The notes under the pieces are model-generated. The model ran no database searches. It was not told the DNA's origin and saw nothing but the letters and a program-made list of their open reading frames with translations. Shown here in pieces: positions 15,673 through 29,245 of a stretch of 64,000 nt of DNA. Location of the stretch: positions 105,834,001 to 105,898,000 of the forward strand of contig OZ024742.1 in assembly GCA_964016885.1 (NCBI GenBank). The letters run 5' to 3'. This DNA comes from Eledone cirrhosa. Taxonomy: Eukaryota. Both the position numbers and the translations under genes were made by a program. Each line of letters begins with the position of its first letter. Positions within the stretch are counted from its first letter, which is position 1.

Positions 15673-16710
15673 CCATTATTATGGTTAATTTTCTGGCTTT
15701 ATTCATATCACAATTGGTGAACTATAACATTATTTGTGACATGTTTCCAATAATTCTACATTTCTGTTTACGAGGGACGAGAAGGGAATTTTGCTAAGAA
15801 GATGCAAAACAAATATCTCAAGAAACGTAATTTGTAAAGCACCAGTAGTTAAATATTTGTTTTTTTGTTACTATTAAGTTCAAAGTTAGTTATTTTATTA
15901 AACTTCTCATAATTATTGATTATTTTGATAATTAGTATTGTTAATTAAAATACAAAGGCAGTATACTATTGTTAGAAATATGCTCATGAAAGAGTCAAAC
16001 TAATATTTAACAAATAATTTCTTACGTCAATGTAATTACCGCGGTGATATAAACCTCATCTCACAGAGGTTCAAGCATAAACATTTAAGCGACAGAGTTT
16101 TTCTTATCGACCTGGAAGAATAAGAGGAAAAGTTGATTTGAATCCAGAACTTAAAGAACCAGACGAAATACCGGATTGCAATTCGTCCAGAGTTGTAGCT
16201 ACTCTGACAATCTGGCACCTTTCCTGCTCCCAAATAATGTTTTCTAATTTAGACAAAAGGCCAGCAATTTGAGAGGAACGGAAAGTCGATTACACCGATT
16301 CCAGAATTTGATTGGATTATTATCTCTTCGATCATCGAAGAGTGGGATTTGAACTCAGAACGTAAAGAATCGGAATAAATACAGCAAAGCATTTTGTCCG
16401 ATGCTCTAACGAACGATTCTTCCAGAAGCATCACCTTTCCACCCCAAATTTTAGCTGTCTCTTAACTGCACTAATTGGTATCTTCCGCTGTTTTATTTAT
16501 GTATTTCAAAAAATAAGATGGGCATGCTTGCATCTCTCTCTCCACCCCTCTCTCTCTGATACACACACGTACAAACACACACACGCACACAGAAATATAC
16601 ACAAGCACAGATATGTGCGTCAGCATGTTTTTGTAAAGACCGCTTATATTCTATTCTCATTAAAGCTTATGTTAGACGTATGTGTATCTGCGTATCAATA
16701 TGCATACCAG

Positions 16711-16813
<103 letters not shown>

Positions 16814-16944
16814 GAATGATTTTCTCCGTGTGTGTTCCTATGCCTTTTTTCGCATGTTTATATGTATGAAAAAAATCAACACGGAAAAGTAACACAGTAG
16901 AACAATACAATACAATGATGATACATATTAGTTTAGTAGGAAAA

Positions 16945-16985
16945 TATTCTTATCGTTTCGGACAGTAGTCTTTCATCAGAGGATA
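16945..16985 (-). ncRNA. Hammerhead motif, family B, diverged copy
   Basis: Minus strand reads TATCCT-CTGATGA-aaGACtactGTCc-GAAA-CGA-TA-AGAATA. Flanks are homologous to 18380-18560. Confidence 0.55.
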
Positions 16986-17375
16986 GAATGAGAGAAAGAA
17001 AAAGAAACAGAAAGATAGGAGAGAATAAAAAAGGAAGGAAATGGGAAGAAATTTGTTTACAGAAGGAAAGTACGTATGCAGTGAGGTATTTTAGAAGACT
17101 GCATTTCAGATCGAGATTCGTGTATTAAAAATTTGGTTGACTTGCGAGGTATTTTGGAATTTGAAATTCGCAAATATTATCGCTACTGAGACATAAAATT
17201 TGAACAAAGACACTTATGCACAATTGAACCACGCATCACTCGTCTCTGTCCTCATTTTCCAGTCTCCAGGGGGTGATTTTTAAATTAAATTATCATTATG
17301 GATACAAACCATTATTATAGTTATCTGCAGTGTGGCGATTATAGATTCACACACACACACACACATATATATATA

Positions 17376-17406
<31 letters not shown>

Positions 17407-17970
17407 TGCTCATTTTTTGTCGATTCTATTGAGTGATGAATAGCTCCTGTTTTATTTTAACATGTCTATTGAGCACTTTTATTCGATATGTGTATTTCCA
17501 CATTTTCTCGAATAGTTTTCGCGGATGTAGAGGTTATCTCCCTTGCCGAATTCCATGTGCGTATTTAGCCTGGGTTTAGCCATCTTATCCGTTCGGACGA
17601 AGCTCGTTGAAGAAGTAAATTTCCTGTCCCCTGAATTCTAGAAGTCTTATATATTTATATGTGAGCTGATAGAGTACAGTTTAAGGATTTACAGAAACCC
17701 AAGAAGCTAGATTTAACACCTTTCTAGTGGGTCCGGGTATGATTTTACATTCATTTAAATTATTAATTTATTGATATTTTTTATCTGAGTGTCCCGAATC
17801 TTCCGTTATCGATTTTTTCGATCGTGCGGTTGATTATAGACTTGTTCTATGTGTGACGGTATTTTAACGATAGTTATAGCTCTGATTTATCTAAATCAGC
17901 GAGCACTCTGCCGCTCATATCGAATTTTGTTTATCGTGAACTCGTGCGCCGATTTTTCGATACTCGATCA

Positions 17971-18053
<83 letters not shown>

Positions 18054-18334
18054 TGCAGAAGTTATATTTAATTTATTGGGATTCCAACAAGCTTAACAGT
18101 TTATAACTGACAGTTTACTGGAGTAAATATTCAATATATTAATAAATGGAAACTATATTTATAAAACCATAATTATTTTATTATATATATTTCAAGGACA
18201 ACCAAGGCAGTCTTGGTGCGCTTTCATCAGATAAAATACAAGATTTGTTTTATAAATATTGACATAACCGTGGAAAAACAACCTTGACAGTTGAAAGTTC
18301 GCTGGATATCCAGCGAACTTTCAACCGTCAAGGT
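18054..18334 (-). mobile_element. HHR fold-back element, family A, copy 1 (single arm ending in a 54-nt palindrome)
   Basis: Homologous to 42350-42773 and 63373-63824. Palindrome ACCTTGAC...GGATATCC...GTCAAGGT at 18281-18334. Flanked by (TA)n and (TG)n. Confidence 0.75.
18174..18238 (-). ncRNA. Minimal type I hammerhead ribozyme (family A)
   Basis: Minus strand reads TATTTTAT-CTGATGA-aagcgcaccaag actgc cttggttgtcctt-GAAA-TATATA-TA^ATAAAATA. Perfect 8-bp stem I, long stem II, palindromic stem III, AUA triplet. Confidence 0.85.
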
Positions 18335-18359
18335 GTGTGTGTGTAAAAAGTAAACAGAA

Positions 18360-19500
18360 ATAACAAAGCAAGCGACACAATGCAATGAGGAAATATATAA
18401 GTTTATCGCTTGAAATAAGTGGAAAAGAGTCTCAACGTTTCGGACACTAGTCTTTCATCAGAAGACAGAATGAGAAATAAAAGATGAGATTGAAAGATAA
18501 AGAATGAAGAGGAAAGAACAGAAAAAGGATTGAAAAAAAAATACAAAAAAGCACACGTGCGTATTCAGTCAGCCATTTTGGAGAGAAGCTGGTCACGGGT
18601 ACCTCAATCGTTAGAGAGGTTTAGGAAGGAAGGTAATCTGTGTATTTGGGGTGGACATGTGTATGCGTGCGTGAGTGTATGTGTGCATATATGTGTGTTC
18701 GTTGATTTGTGCTGAGGTTTGAATGATGGGCGTTGGACCGTGATAGGCTGGCTGCTGTGAGAGTGTGGAGATGTGAGTGTGCGCGTGTGGACTGACCAGC
18801 GTAGAGAGATGTATATAAATGTATATGAATTTGTGCGTATACACACACTCACACACACACATAAATACATACATATACACACAAACACACATACACACAC
18901 ATATACACATACACACAAACACATACACATACACAAACACACATACACACACAAACACACAAATACATACATATACACACAAACACACATACACACACAT
19001 ACACATACATACACACATACACACATACACAAACACATACCCATACACAAACACACATACACACAAAAACACACGACACACACACACACACACATGCACA
19101 CACACATACACGCACACACAAAAAGGGCTGTATAGAAAAGGACGTGGTAGCGAATAAAACCGTTGCCTTATATATTTCATTTCGTGGTATGTCCGTAAGA
19201 GAAACTGCATAGCTTCGGGTAGGACGATATGGTGGTACAACTGCAAACGGCTGAAATACGAAGTGGGAAGTCACTCTGTGTGTTAAGGTGGCTAGAGACA
19301 GAAGGTAGTGGAGGGGAGTAAATGTTGGGAAACATACAACAACGACGGTGCCACAGCCGCGGCACTGAGTGCCACGTGAACATAGACGCACGCGCAAGAG
19401 ATATAAGTGCACATACACCCTCAAGCATGAGTCATGGAATAAGGGTGTCGGTGATGTATGCGGGCATATGCATACATCAGAAAGTGTAGGATTTCGATGG
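18360..19500 (-). mobile_element. Second decayed copy of the same Neptune-like PLE 3' end
   Basis: 19120-19340 is homologous to 28510-28740 (FAVVPPYR...AVSLT.IPRN.IYK). HHR at 18429-18466. Confidence 0.65.
18429..18466 (-). ncRNA. Ultra-minimal hammerhead ribozyme (family B, 3' end of Neptune-like PLE remnant)
   Basis: Minus strand reads GTCTT-CTGATGA-aaGACtagtGTCc-GAAA-CG-TT^GAGAC. Stem III is reduced to the palindrome AACGTT. Confidence 0.7.
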
Positions 19501-19967
19501 TTATGTGCAGTGGTGGACTGGCCAGGTGGCCAGGTTACCCAATGGCAAGTGGGCCATAGGGGCCCACGTTAGCATTGCAAGAGCCCACAGTAGCATTGCA
19601 GGGCCCACTGTAGTACTTTAGGGACCAATGCTTTGCTTTAAAAAATACCTCAAATCTAAGAGAAAGAATAACATTTAAAAAAATTAAATAAAACAATTAA
19701 GCGAAGCATTTGGTGAACCAATTCCCCAGGGAATTACTAGAAACCAAAATATACGATAGTGAAAATAGCTGGAATCAGTGTTTGTACTTTCTACTAAATT
19801 TAAAGCTTAGTGTATTCATTTATGCATGCAAACATACATATATAGACACAAACACACAAGCATACACACACACATACATATATATACTTACACACGAACT
19901 ACTGATAAAATAATATTTGGTATCAATGGGTTAAAGACATCTGTCAAATCAATTAGTGGAGAAGGTA

Positions 19968-20035
<68 letters not shown>

Positions 20036-20122
20036 CCAGTAATTCACTGGGTGATTGCTGGCCTTGTGCCAAACGTAGAAACAATTATTCTTAACTCTGA
20101 AGCCGAGAATCATTCGGTTTCC

Positions 20123-21668
20123 TAAATAGAATTTTAGTCTACGACTTCAGTTATACCATAAACGTGGTTTTGTCTTTGCGTGTAATTGTTCACATCGCTC
20201 CACATAATGACCTATTATCTTTGTTTTTTCCGTTCATTGCCAGAGAACGTCTCCATGAACCACCTAATAGAATATTAGTCTACGACTTCATTTATACCAT
20301 AAACGTGGTTTTGTCTTTGCGTGTAATTGTTTTCACCGCTCCAAATAATGACGTTTTATCTTCGTTTTTTTCCGTTCTTTGCCAGGGAACGTTTCCACGA
20401 ACCAAAGTATCGTCTTCCTGTTTTCCTTCGGTTGCAACGTTTTTCGAAATATTTACTTCTGCGTTCACAGATTGATTTTTTTTAGTTTCAGAAGATCCCG
20501 TTAAGGGTGAAAGCAGCGATTCTTTGCTTAAACTTTAATCTGTTATTTTAATAAATATTTGCTCTACGGTTCTTATATATTTGATATATATTTATCCTTA
20601 TTGGGTTTTAGTCTTCAAAATTATTTTATTACTATTTGGCTCCCTCGATTGAGCACTCTATTGACTTATATTCATCATGCAGAAACAACATCTAAATATT
20701 TCTACAAAGAACATACCCATACCAAGCAGGAAAACATACCTAAAACTCCTGATACAGAAAACAGACGCGTTCATTAAAAGGTTGCGTTGGCGTGCCTTTT
20801 ATTTCGATAATCAGGGAAAAGCGGACAACAAACAGGATAAATTTGGGTTTAAAACCTACAATAACCCTCCGAGTAACCCAGCATTGCTACCCTTCGAAAA
20901 TGATGTCTTGGAACTCATACGGAGTATCAAATTTCGGAAAAGGAGCAATTCCTTCCAGCAGGAACTGAAGAATAGAATTCGTTCTATTAAGAATTCTAAT
21001 GCCGTACACGTCCACTCCGACAAAACTGGCAATCTATTTCAAGTGGAGCGCAGTACATACCATCAACTGCTACATAATGCTGTAACTAAGGATTACCGTA
21101 AAACTAATCGGAACTTCATTAATGACAACGATGCTGGGTTTAAAATCACCTCTGATCTCAACATCCTAGACCGGACTGAACCTCTGGACCACACACACAC
21201 TTTACCCTGAAGGATCACAAATCCAATTTCCCGAACAACCCCTCTATTCGGCTTATTAACCCCACGAAGTCTGATTTAGGTAGAGTTACTAAAAGGATTT
21301 TAGATAGAATTATACCTGAAATTAGAAGTTTGGCCCCTCTTGAACTGTTGAACAATTCTTTCGCAGTGATTGATTGGTTCAACGGCATACGCAACAAGGA
21401 ACATTGCCGTTTTATCCAATTCGACATCAATAATTACTACTCCTCCATCACTTTACCACTTCTCTTTAGAGCTATCAATTTCGCTAAAACACTCACGGTG
21501 GTTAAGGATTTCGAAGTTGATGTCATCCTCAATGCCCGTAAGTCGGTGATTAATTTCGACGGCTCTATTTGGATTAAAACATCTAATAATATCCCATTTC
21601 ACTTGAGTATGGGCGCCAGCGATTCTGCGGAGGTTACTGATCTTATCGGCCTTTTCCTTCTTTTTTTT

Positions 21669-21670
<2 letters not shown>
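20123..21670 (+). mobile_element. Penelope-like retroelement (Naiad-type): 5' region and partial RT, frameshifted and 3'-truncated at (CA)n
   Basis: ORFs 20677-21210 and 21330-21670 contain KNIPIPS, KRLRWRAFYF, SDKTGN, TLKDHK, RLINPTKSDLG, FIQFDINNYYSSI and MGASDSAEVTDLIG. A tandem duplication of about 140 bp lies at 20123-20404. Confidence 0.85.
20484..20534 (+). ncRNA. Hammerhead-like motif with variant core (CAGAAGA) upstream of a PLE ORF
   Basis: AGTTT-CAGAAGA-tCCCgttaaGGGt-GAAA-GCA gcgattctt TGC-TT^AAACT. All three stems pair, but U4 is replaced by A. Confidence 0.5.
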
Positions 21671-21752
<82 letters not shown>

Positions 21753-22419
21753 TGAGTTAGTGTGAAAGACCAAAGGTGATTATTGAAAGTCTCTGGATTT
21801 CGTAAAATATATATTTTTTATTGGAGAAAGTAAGATATTTTTCCACAAAAATTTGATTGCACTGTTTTGTTTCCACTTATGTATTTTTTGAAAATGTTAT
21901 TTATTCATTATAAAAATCAAATGATAGTTTAGGGAACACCCAAATCATTTAGAAGTCGACCTTAAGTAGGAACAATAACATTAAGACATGAACGACACTA
22001 CAACGCTTTGTTTTGAACATTTTTAAAGTAGGTTTATAGGTTTGTCTCTGTGGCCTAGTGGTGGGTTCAATCCTGATCAAGAGGTACATGTAACCTTTTT
22101 CAGTTTTTATTTTACAACCCATATAAAAAAAACTGAAAAGATTTACCGGGAACACTACTCCCGACAGGAATCGAACTTCAGACCAGGATCACCATCGTCT
22201 GTGATTTCCCCAGCTGGCCACCGAGACAACTACAGAGGCATATTGAAAATCGATAATTATAAACCTACTTCCAAAATCACAGTTAAAAAGAGGTGGTGTC
22301 GTTCCTAAAGCTATTAGTAATATTTGGGGTCGACTTCTGGTCATTATTGAAAGTCTCTGGATTTCGCAAAATACATAATATTTTTTATTGGAGAAGGTAA
22401 GATATTTTTCCGTCAGATT

Positions 22420-23282
22420 TACTTGTCAGATATGGCGGCCTTGGCCTCCGGTCCCCGATCTCGCTGGTTTTGCCGGTGTTTCTTTCATTGGTAACCTCGT
22501 GCCGCGTCCTCTTCAGCAGGGTTCTCCAAAACACAATAGAACCCTTTGTGTGGGACGTGGGACAGGCTGGGACTTAGCCCAGTAGACGTCCCGCCTCCTT
22601 CTCCCCCCGCTAACGTCAAGTCCCCCCAAAGCGTATGGGATGCCATCCAGTGCAGCCTGGCCTCAGATAGGCTCACGTGCCAGCTCGACCAGCACCACCT
22701 TGCCTGTTTTCGCGAGGTCTCCCAACCCCACAGTGGTGCCAGGCTCTATGCCTTGCCCTCCTTCTCCACTGACACGCAGCTGGATAACGATAGCCCGCGC
22801 ATCGGCGTTTCCTTGAGGCTTGGACTCCGGATCTGCGAGTCACATAAATGTTGCGTGGATCCACCGTGGACGCTTTCGGCGCCCACCAGCTTTCCTTTCT
22901 CCACAGTGCCGGCCGCCTTCCACACCATGCTGCCCTCAACGGTGTCATTAAGCATGGCTTGGACGCTGCAGGCTCCCCCTCCCAGCACGAGCGGGGGGGG
23001 GGGGGAGGGGGCTGGACCGGACCGAGGGGATGGCACAAGGCCAGACGGTATGACCATCTCCCCGTTTCGGTGGTAAATCCCTCATCTGGGATGCCACTTG
23101 CAGCGACACTTTCTTCAGTCGCAACCTGGTGCAGTCTGCGACTAACCCAGGTACTGCTGCACGTCGGGCTGAGGAGGCCTTACTCTCCAAGTACCAGTCG
23201 CTCTCCGACAGGTTCACGGTCGTGCCATTGGCAGAGGAGGCTTCTCGTGTCCCTGGCCTTAGGGCTACCTCCCTATTCACCA

Positions 23283-23285
<3 letters not shown>
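22420..23285 (+). mobile_element. CRE-clade-like non-LTR retrotransposon fragment (Zn knuckle and restriction-like endonuclease)
   Basis: RIGVSLRLGLRIC, HHAALNGVIK, RGDGTRPDGMTISPF, GKSLIWDATCSDTF, AARRAEEA..KY, VPLA across frames. Confidence 0.8.
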
Positions 23286-23336
<51 letters not shown>

Positions 23337-23684
23337 TCGCCTCCTTCACCACATCTTCTACGGCTTCGATATGAATACCCCCTCCACCTCTGTGGTATTT
23401 TCTTCGGGGTTATAAGAGGCTTAGCTCTGTTTCTCGACCGTTATATCGCGTGACTATCTCCCCCTCCGCCTTTTGGGTTTCTTTGTCACGTCGTGTAGAC
23501 GCGTTCTTGAGACTAGTAAAATGAGGTATCCTCTTGATAAGTCGGCAGACCTCGCAGGGACTCTATATCTTTATGATGTATTGTTTTTGTTTATGCCACG
23601 AAACTACGTAGTCGAGGAATCTAGGAGAAGTTTAGGTATGATACATTTTATTACTAATTATATCTAAATGTTCCTTCTCTCTTC

Positions 23685-24100
<416 letters not shown>

Positions 24101-25195
24101 ACCTGGAGTTGCACCCGATAGATAGTATTAGCAATTGGAAAGACCAATGGAAACACTGTTTCCACGGTTCGATTAGACGAAAGTCGATCGAGTAAGATAT
24201 ATAGATAGATATATTATAAAAACAGATTAAAGTTTAAGCTTTCTATATATATATATAATCCTTATCGAGCCCTTTTAAGATTTTAGTCTTCACATTTATT
24301 ATTACTATATATATATATATATAAAGTAAGTCCATAGAATTATTAGATAAAATATATACAGTATTTCTTCTCCCAATCAGCATAAATCAACCACACAAAA
24401 TCATTTAAACGAGGCTATAAGTTTAAAATATACTTATGAAGAAACAATCGATAAATGATATAGCTTTTTATCCACGACTAACAGCTTCAAAAAATTTACC
24501 TAGTATTCCTAATAGCCTGTAGAAATTGACTAGACATATAGTTAACCATACATAATTAGGTACAAAATCAAAGTTAGAAGAAAAAATGTACATAAACCTT
24601 ACCAAAATCATCAAAATATCTTTACCCCCAGCAGCTTCATTCCATTTTTGGAATATCCGATCTTGGATAAATCAACGAGGTTTGGAAATCATCAGGAGAT
24701 AACTCAAATGGACAAAGGTTTTTCTTACATGATCCCCGCCAGAAACGAATTCAAAATGGCTAAGAATCATCACGTGTATATATATATATATATATACACA
24801 CACATGATGGCGTCATTTCCAATTTTTTTTAAATGTAAACAATTTCTTTAACTGCTGGCGGTCGATTGCTGTGGTGAGATTATAATGAGGCTTTATTATT
24901 AAATAACCGGTTGTGAAAAGTTTCAGGAAGGCGATGAAACGTTCGTAAATCAGCACTTAATGCATCAATGTATTTGGTGGCTATTTTAATAAATAATCTG
25001 CTTCTAGTGTAATTGTTATTTTTAACACAATAGGATTTTGTATACATGCTTGTTTGGAAAATTCTTTCAAAGGGGTATGACACATAGCCTTTTTGTATTG
25101 CTTATTATAATAAATTACCCTATTTTGAGCTGTGTTTAACTTCTCCACCTATCGTTATAATTTTTTATATTGTTTTTGTAAAAAAACGATATTTA

Positions 25196-25329
<134 letters not shown>

Positions 25330-26136
25330 TAATATATATATGTGTGTGTTTGTGTCTGTGTCTGTGTCTGTGTGCGCGCGCGTGTGTATTTGTGTCTGTG
25401 TCTGTGTGTGCATGTGTTATCTGATACACAGTTGATATAATCTCAAATAACCCAAATTTAGTTTATCAACGCCATCTACCTTGGTCTCATTATCAAGAAA
25501 TCCGCTACAGGACATTATAAAGACATAACTATGATATCTTCCATAGACAATCTCTTGCCTGTCTGAGTGTAAATGGCTGCAATATATTACAAATATTTCA
25601 TTGTTAATGGAAATTTCCCTCTCTATTGAAGAAAGAAGATAAAAGCCTAGCGGATATCGTTAGCTACTCTCAAAGAAAAAGGGTGTATTTTCAGTTAGGT
25701 ATTCGTATTTGCCCTTAAATATGGTCGTGTATCTTGAGTAGTGACCGAGAGGAACACATACTTTATTATTATTAATCTCCCCTAAGGTTGAGATAACATT
25801 TCGTCGTTTGAACTGCTGCTATTTCTAGTGGCAGGACATTGACCTGTCCACCCTGCCTTCTGTCTTTACACACGGCACTAGACAAATTTGTTTATTTCCT
25901 CATTCACTCTCATCCGGGAAGAGTTTTGTATGGCGTCAGTTTGTGATTTGAACTCGGGAATTTTATATTCTCCGAGCGAGAAGAGCCTTCTGAAGAGAGT
26001 CCCCTTCTCAATGAAAATCCGCTTGGATTATCCGTTTATTTTGGGATTTGAAACCGCGCGGTAAAGGCACATATAGTACGTACAGCGAACTTTTTAAAAT
26101 TTATTTTAAAACCTTTTCTCTATTTGCTAAACCTTG

Positions 26137-26207
<71 letters not shown>

Positions 26208-26213
26208 AAATAT

Positions 26214-26305
<92 letters not shown>

Positions 26306-26333
26306 GCGTGCGTGTGTCTGTCTGTGTGTGTAT

Positions 26334-26369
<36 letters not shown>

Positions 26370-26460
26370 ATATATAAACATGTATATATGCGTATATATA
26401 CATGTATATATATATGTATATATATGTATATGTGTATATATATATGTATATATATATATG

Positions 26461-26492
<32 letters not shown>

Positions 26493-26494
26493 TA

Positions 26495-27165
26495 TGATAA
26501 TAAGGGCGCTGCGGAGTTGCAAATGGGTTACATATGAAGTTTGTCCTTCATCAGTGATCTTCCAACCATCATAGGCATTTCATCGCTTTAAAGACCATAT
26601 ACCTCCGGTTGGTGCAAGCAACGGCTAAAAAAAGTCGTTGGGACACGTAAATAGAGGGGACGCGAGGGTAAACAAACAAAATGGTGAAGCAACAGAAAGT
26701 GAGGAAGAAAGAGACAAGTCCCAGATTTCTATGAATTTAAATTCGGTGAAATCGTGAACGAGAGAATAAAGACCATCAAACCTGGTTGAAATGTGAGCAA
26801 GGAAGGAATTTCGCACAGGTCTAACGGGAGGAAGAAGGGGTCTGGTCTGCGAATTCGGTAAACATAAGTTCTGTGAAATCGTAGACGAGAGAGAGAAAAA
26901 ATTCGGACCAGCTTGGCCAAGCGTGCGAGAGAAAAGAATTACACACAGGTCAAATGGGAAGAAAGAGGAGGAGGAGAGGTAGTGACAGAGAATGAGTGAG
27001 TGAAGGGTGAGGAAGAGGCTAACAGAGAGAGAGACTGCTAGAAAGGGTAAAGATACATAGAACGAAAAAGACGAGTAGCAGCAGAGGTAAAAATATGTGT
27101 AAATATGATAATAAGGGCGCTGCGGAGTTGCAAATGGGTTACATATGAAAAAAGTTTGTCCTTTA
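26495..27165. mobile_element. Unclassified interspersed repeat (family C) with a terminal direct repeat; inverted homologues at 41400-41778 and 42128-42290
   Basis: GATAATAAGGGCGCTGCGGAGTTGCAAATGGGTTACATATGAA occurs at both ends. (TA)n flanks. Confidence 0.6.
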
Positions 27166-27184
27166 TATATATAAGAAAGTGAGG

Positions 27185-27225
<41 letters not shown>

Positions 27226-27269
27226 GTGAGGTTTTTTTTTTTTACAAAATGAAAAATAACCGAGGTGTC

Positions 27270-27316
<47 letters not shown>

Positions 27317-27492
27317 AAATAACACTAGGCTGGAATGGTGTAATTCCTTAAAAGGTTTATTATACTATGATCATTTCAATGACCGGGTTCAGTATGAATC
27401 TGGTCATTGAATTGATGAGTGCTCTCCATAATATTACATCGAGGTTGACCAAACGGAATGACCAGTTCTATCCAGTGGTGAACCAACAAACC

Positions 27493-27540
<48 letters not shown>

Positions 27541-27636
27541 CGCATATATAAATAATTCATACATGTATATATAAATTATACATACATGTATATATATTTA
27601 TATACATGCCTATATATATATATATATATACAAATA

Positions 27637-27948
27637 CAGGTAAGTTGCGCACCAAAGTATTACAAACAATTTAGTATACATGCACATGGTATTGTATTCA
27701 TAACAAAAATATACTGAAATAACAAAGGTATCATTTTCATCATCCTATCATCTGTGATTTTAAGGTACTGACTGGTTGACACTTGATCATATCTCTGCCT
27801 CCGTTTTGTCTAGGGAGGTAGAGGTGGTCTACAACACAAAAAGACGATTGTAATTAAATTAAATATAAGTGAAAATTCAGTTCTTTGTTAATACAGTTAT
27901 TACGTTAAGACATTTAATGCTTTGGTGCGCGACTTAAGGCCCACCCTG
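27637..27948. mobile_element. Tc1/mariner-type MITE
   Basis: TA-CAGG..TAAGTTGCGCACCAAAGTATTA and TAATGCTTTGGTGCGCGACTTA..CCCTG-TA form imperfect TIRs. Confidence 0.65.
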
Positions 27949-27955
27949 TATATAC

Positions 27956-28024
<69 letters not shown>

Positions 28025-28078
28025 AACACACATACACACACACATACACACGCATACACACACACACACACACACACT

Positions 28079-28128
<50 letters not shown>

Positions 28129-28129
28129 A

Positions 28130-29245
28130 AACGTAGACAGAAAGACCACAGTAAAATGAAGGAATATATTAGTTTAACACTTGGTAAAATAGAAAAATAA
28201 TTTTATGCTTTCGGAAACTAGTCTATCATCAGAAGATAAAATGAGAAAGAAAATATGAAATAGAAAGAGGAAGGAAAACAAACATTTTTTAAAGAAAAAC
28301 GTGTCAACCATTTTAGAGAAATGCTGGTCCATGGGTATCTTATGTTTAGAAAGGGAGGTAATCATTGTATATTTTAAGTGGACATGCGTGAATTGACCAG
28401 TGTAGGGAGGTGGATAAATATGCATATGAAATTCTGCATATGAAATATGCATATTTCATATGCATATTTCATATGCATATTTCATATGCATATGAAATTC
28501 TGCACTCAGAAGGGGTTGTACAGAAAAGGAGGCGGTAGCTAATACGGTCATTGCTTATATATTTTATTTCGTGGTATGGCTGTAAGAGAAACTGCAGAGC
28601 TTCGGATATGGCGATAGGGTGGTACAACCGCAAACAGCCGAACTATGAAGTGTGAAGTCACTACATGCGTGGGGGTGGCTAGAGTCGGGAGGTGGTTAGG
28701 GCGGAATGAAGGTTGGGAAACATTTAACATCAACAACGATGGTATGTGCGGGCGTACGCACATATGCGTGCATGCATCAGAAAGTGTAGGATTTTGAAGG
28801 TTATGTGAGTGCAGAGATATATATGAGTAAGGTGGTATATACGGGTGTTGTAAATGTGAGTGTGTATTGTGGAGGAGCTGGAGTTGAGTGTGTGTATGTG
28901 TATGTGTTTGTGTGTGAGAGCAAGGATAACGGGAGGCTATTGGTGTATATGGACTTGCAATGGGAACTCCGGGGGGCATAGACGACGTTGGTAGAGGTAC
29001 AGGCGAAGGAATGGCGAATGCAAAAAAAAATGGTTCGCACCTGCGAGGGTGGTGAGATTTGTTTTGTAATGACAGGTATTACAGCACGACAGACAGTAGC
29101 AGGAACGAGAGCCACGTGGAGTCATAGGGGGTAGTGGAAGGAACTGTGCACAAGAAGATCACGAAGATTACGGGTTCGTTTAAAGGCCGTGATGGGTGAT
29201 GGGTTAGGAAAGAAGCGAGAAGTGACGGGATCGGAAACGATAGTT
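28130..29245 (-). mobile_element. Decayed PLE 3' portion (Neptune-like linker, Cys knuckle and GIY-YIG remnant)
   Basis: PITAFKRTRNLRDLLVHS, then SCYCLSCCNTC, then IRHSFACTSTNVVY across frames. Degenerate HHR downstream. Confidence 0.7.
28201..28240 (-). ncRNA. Degenerate hammerhead motif, family B
   Basis: CTGATGA-tagactagtttcc-GAAA is retained but the stems are eroded. Same position relative to the PLE remnant as 18429-18466. Confidence 0.4.

Noticed and set aside
20677-21755. Selenocysteine (in-frame TGA) read-through, reported for some Naiads
   Set aside because: The ORF breaks here are explained by frameshifts (for example at TLKDHK); no conserved in-frame TGA was seen.
25985-26035. 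CTGAAGA...GAAA-ATCC/GGAT-TA hammerhead-like string
   Set aside because: Stem I does not pair and stem II is out of register; probably chance.
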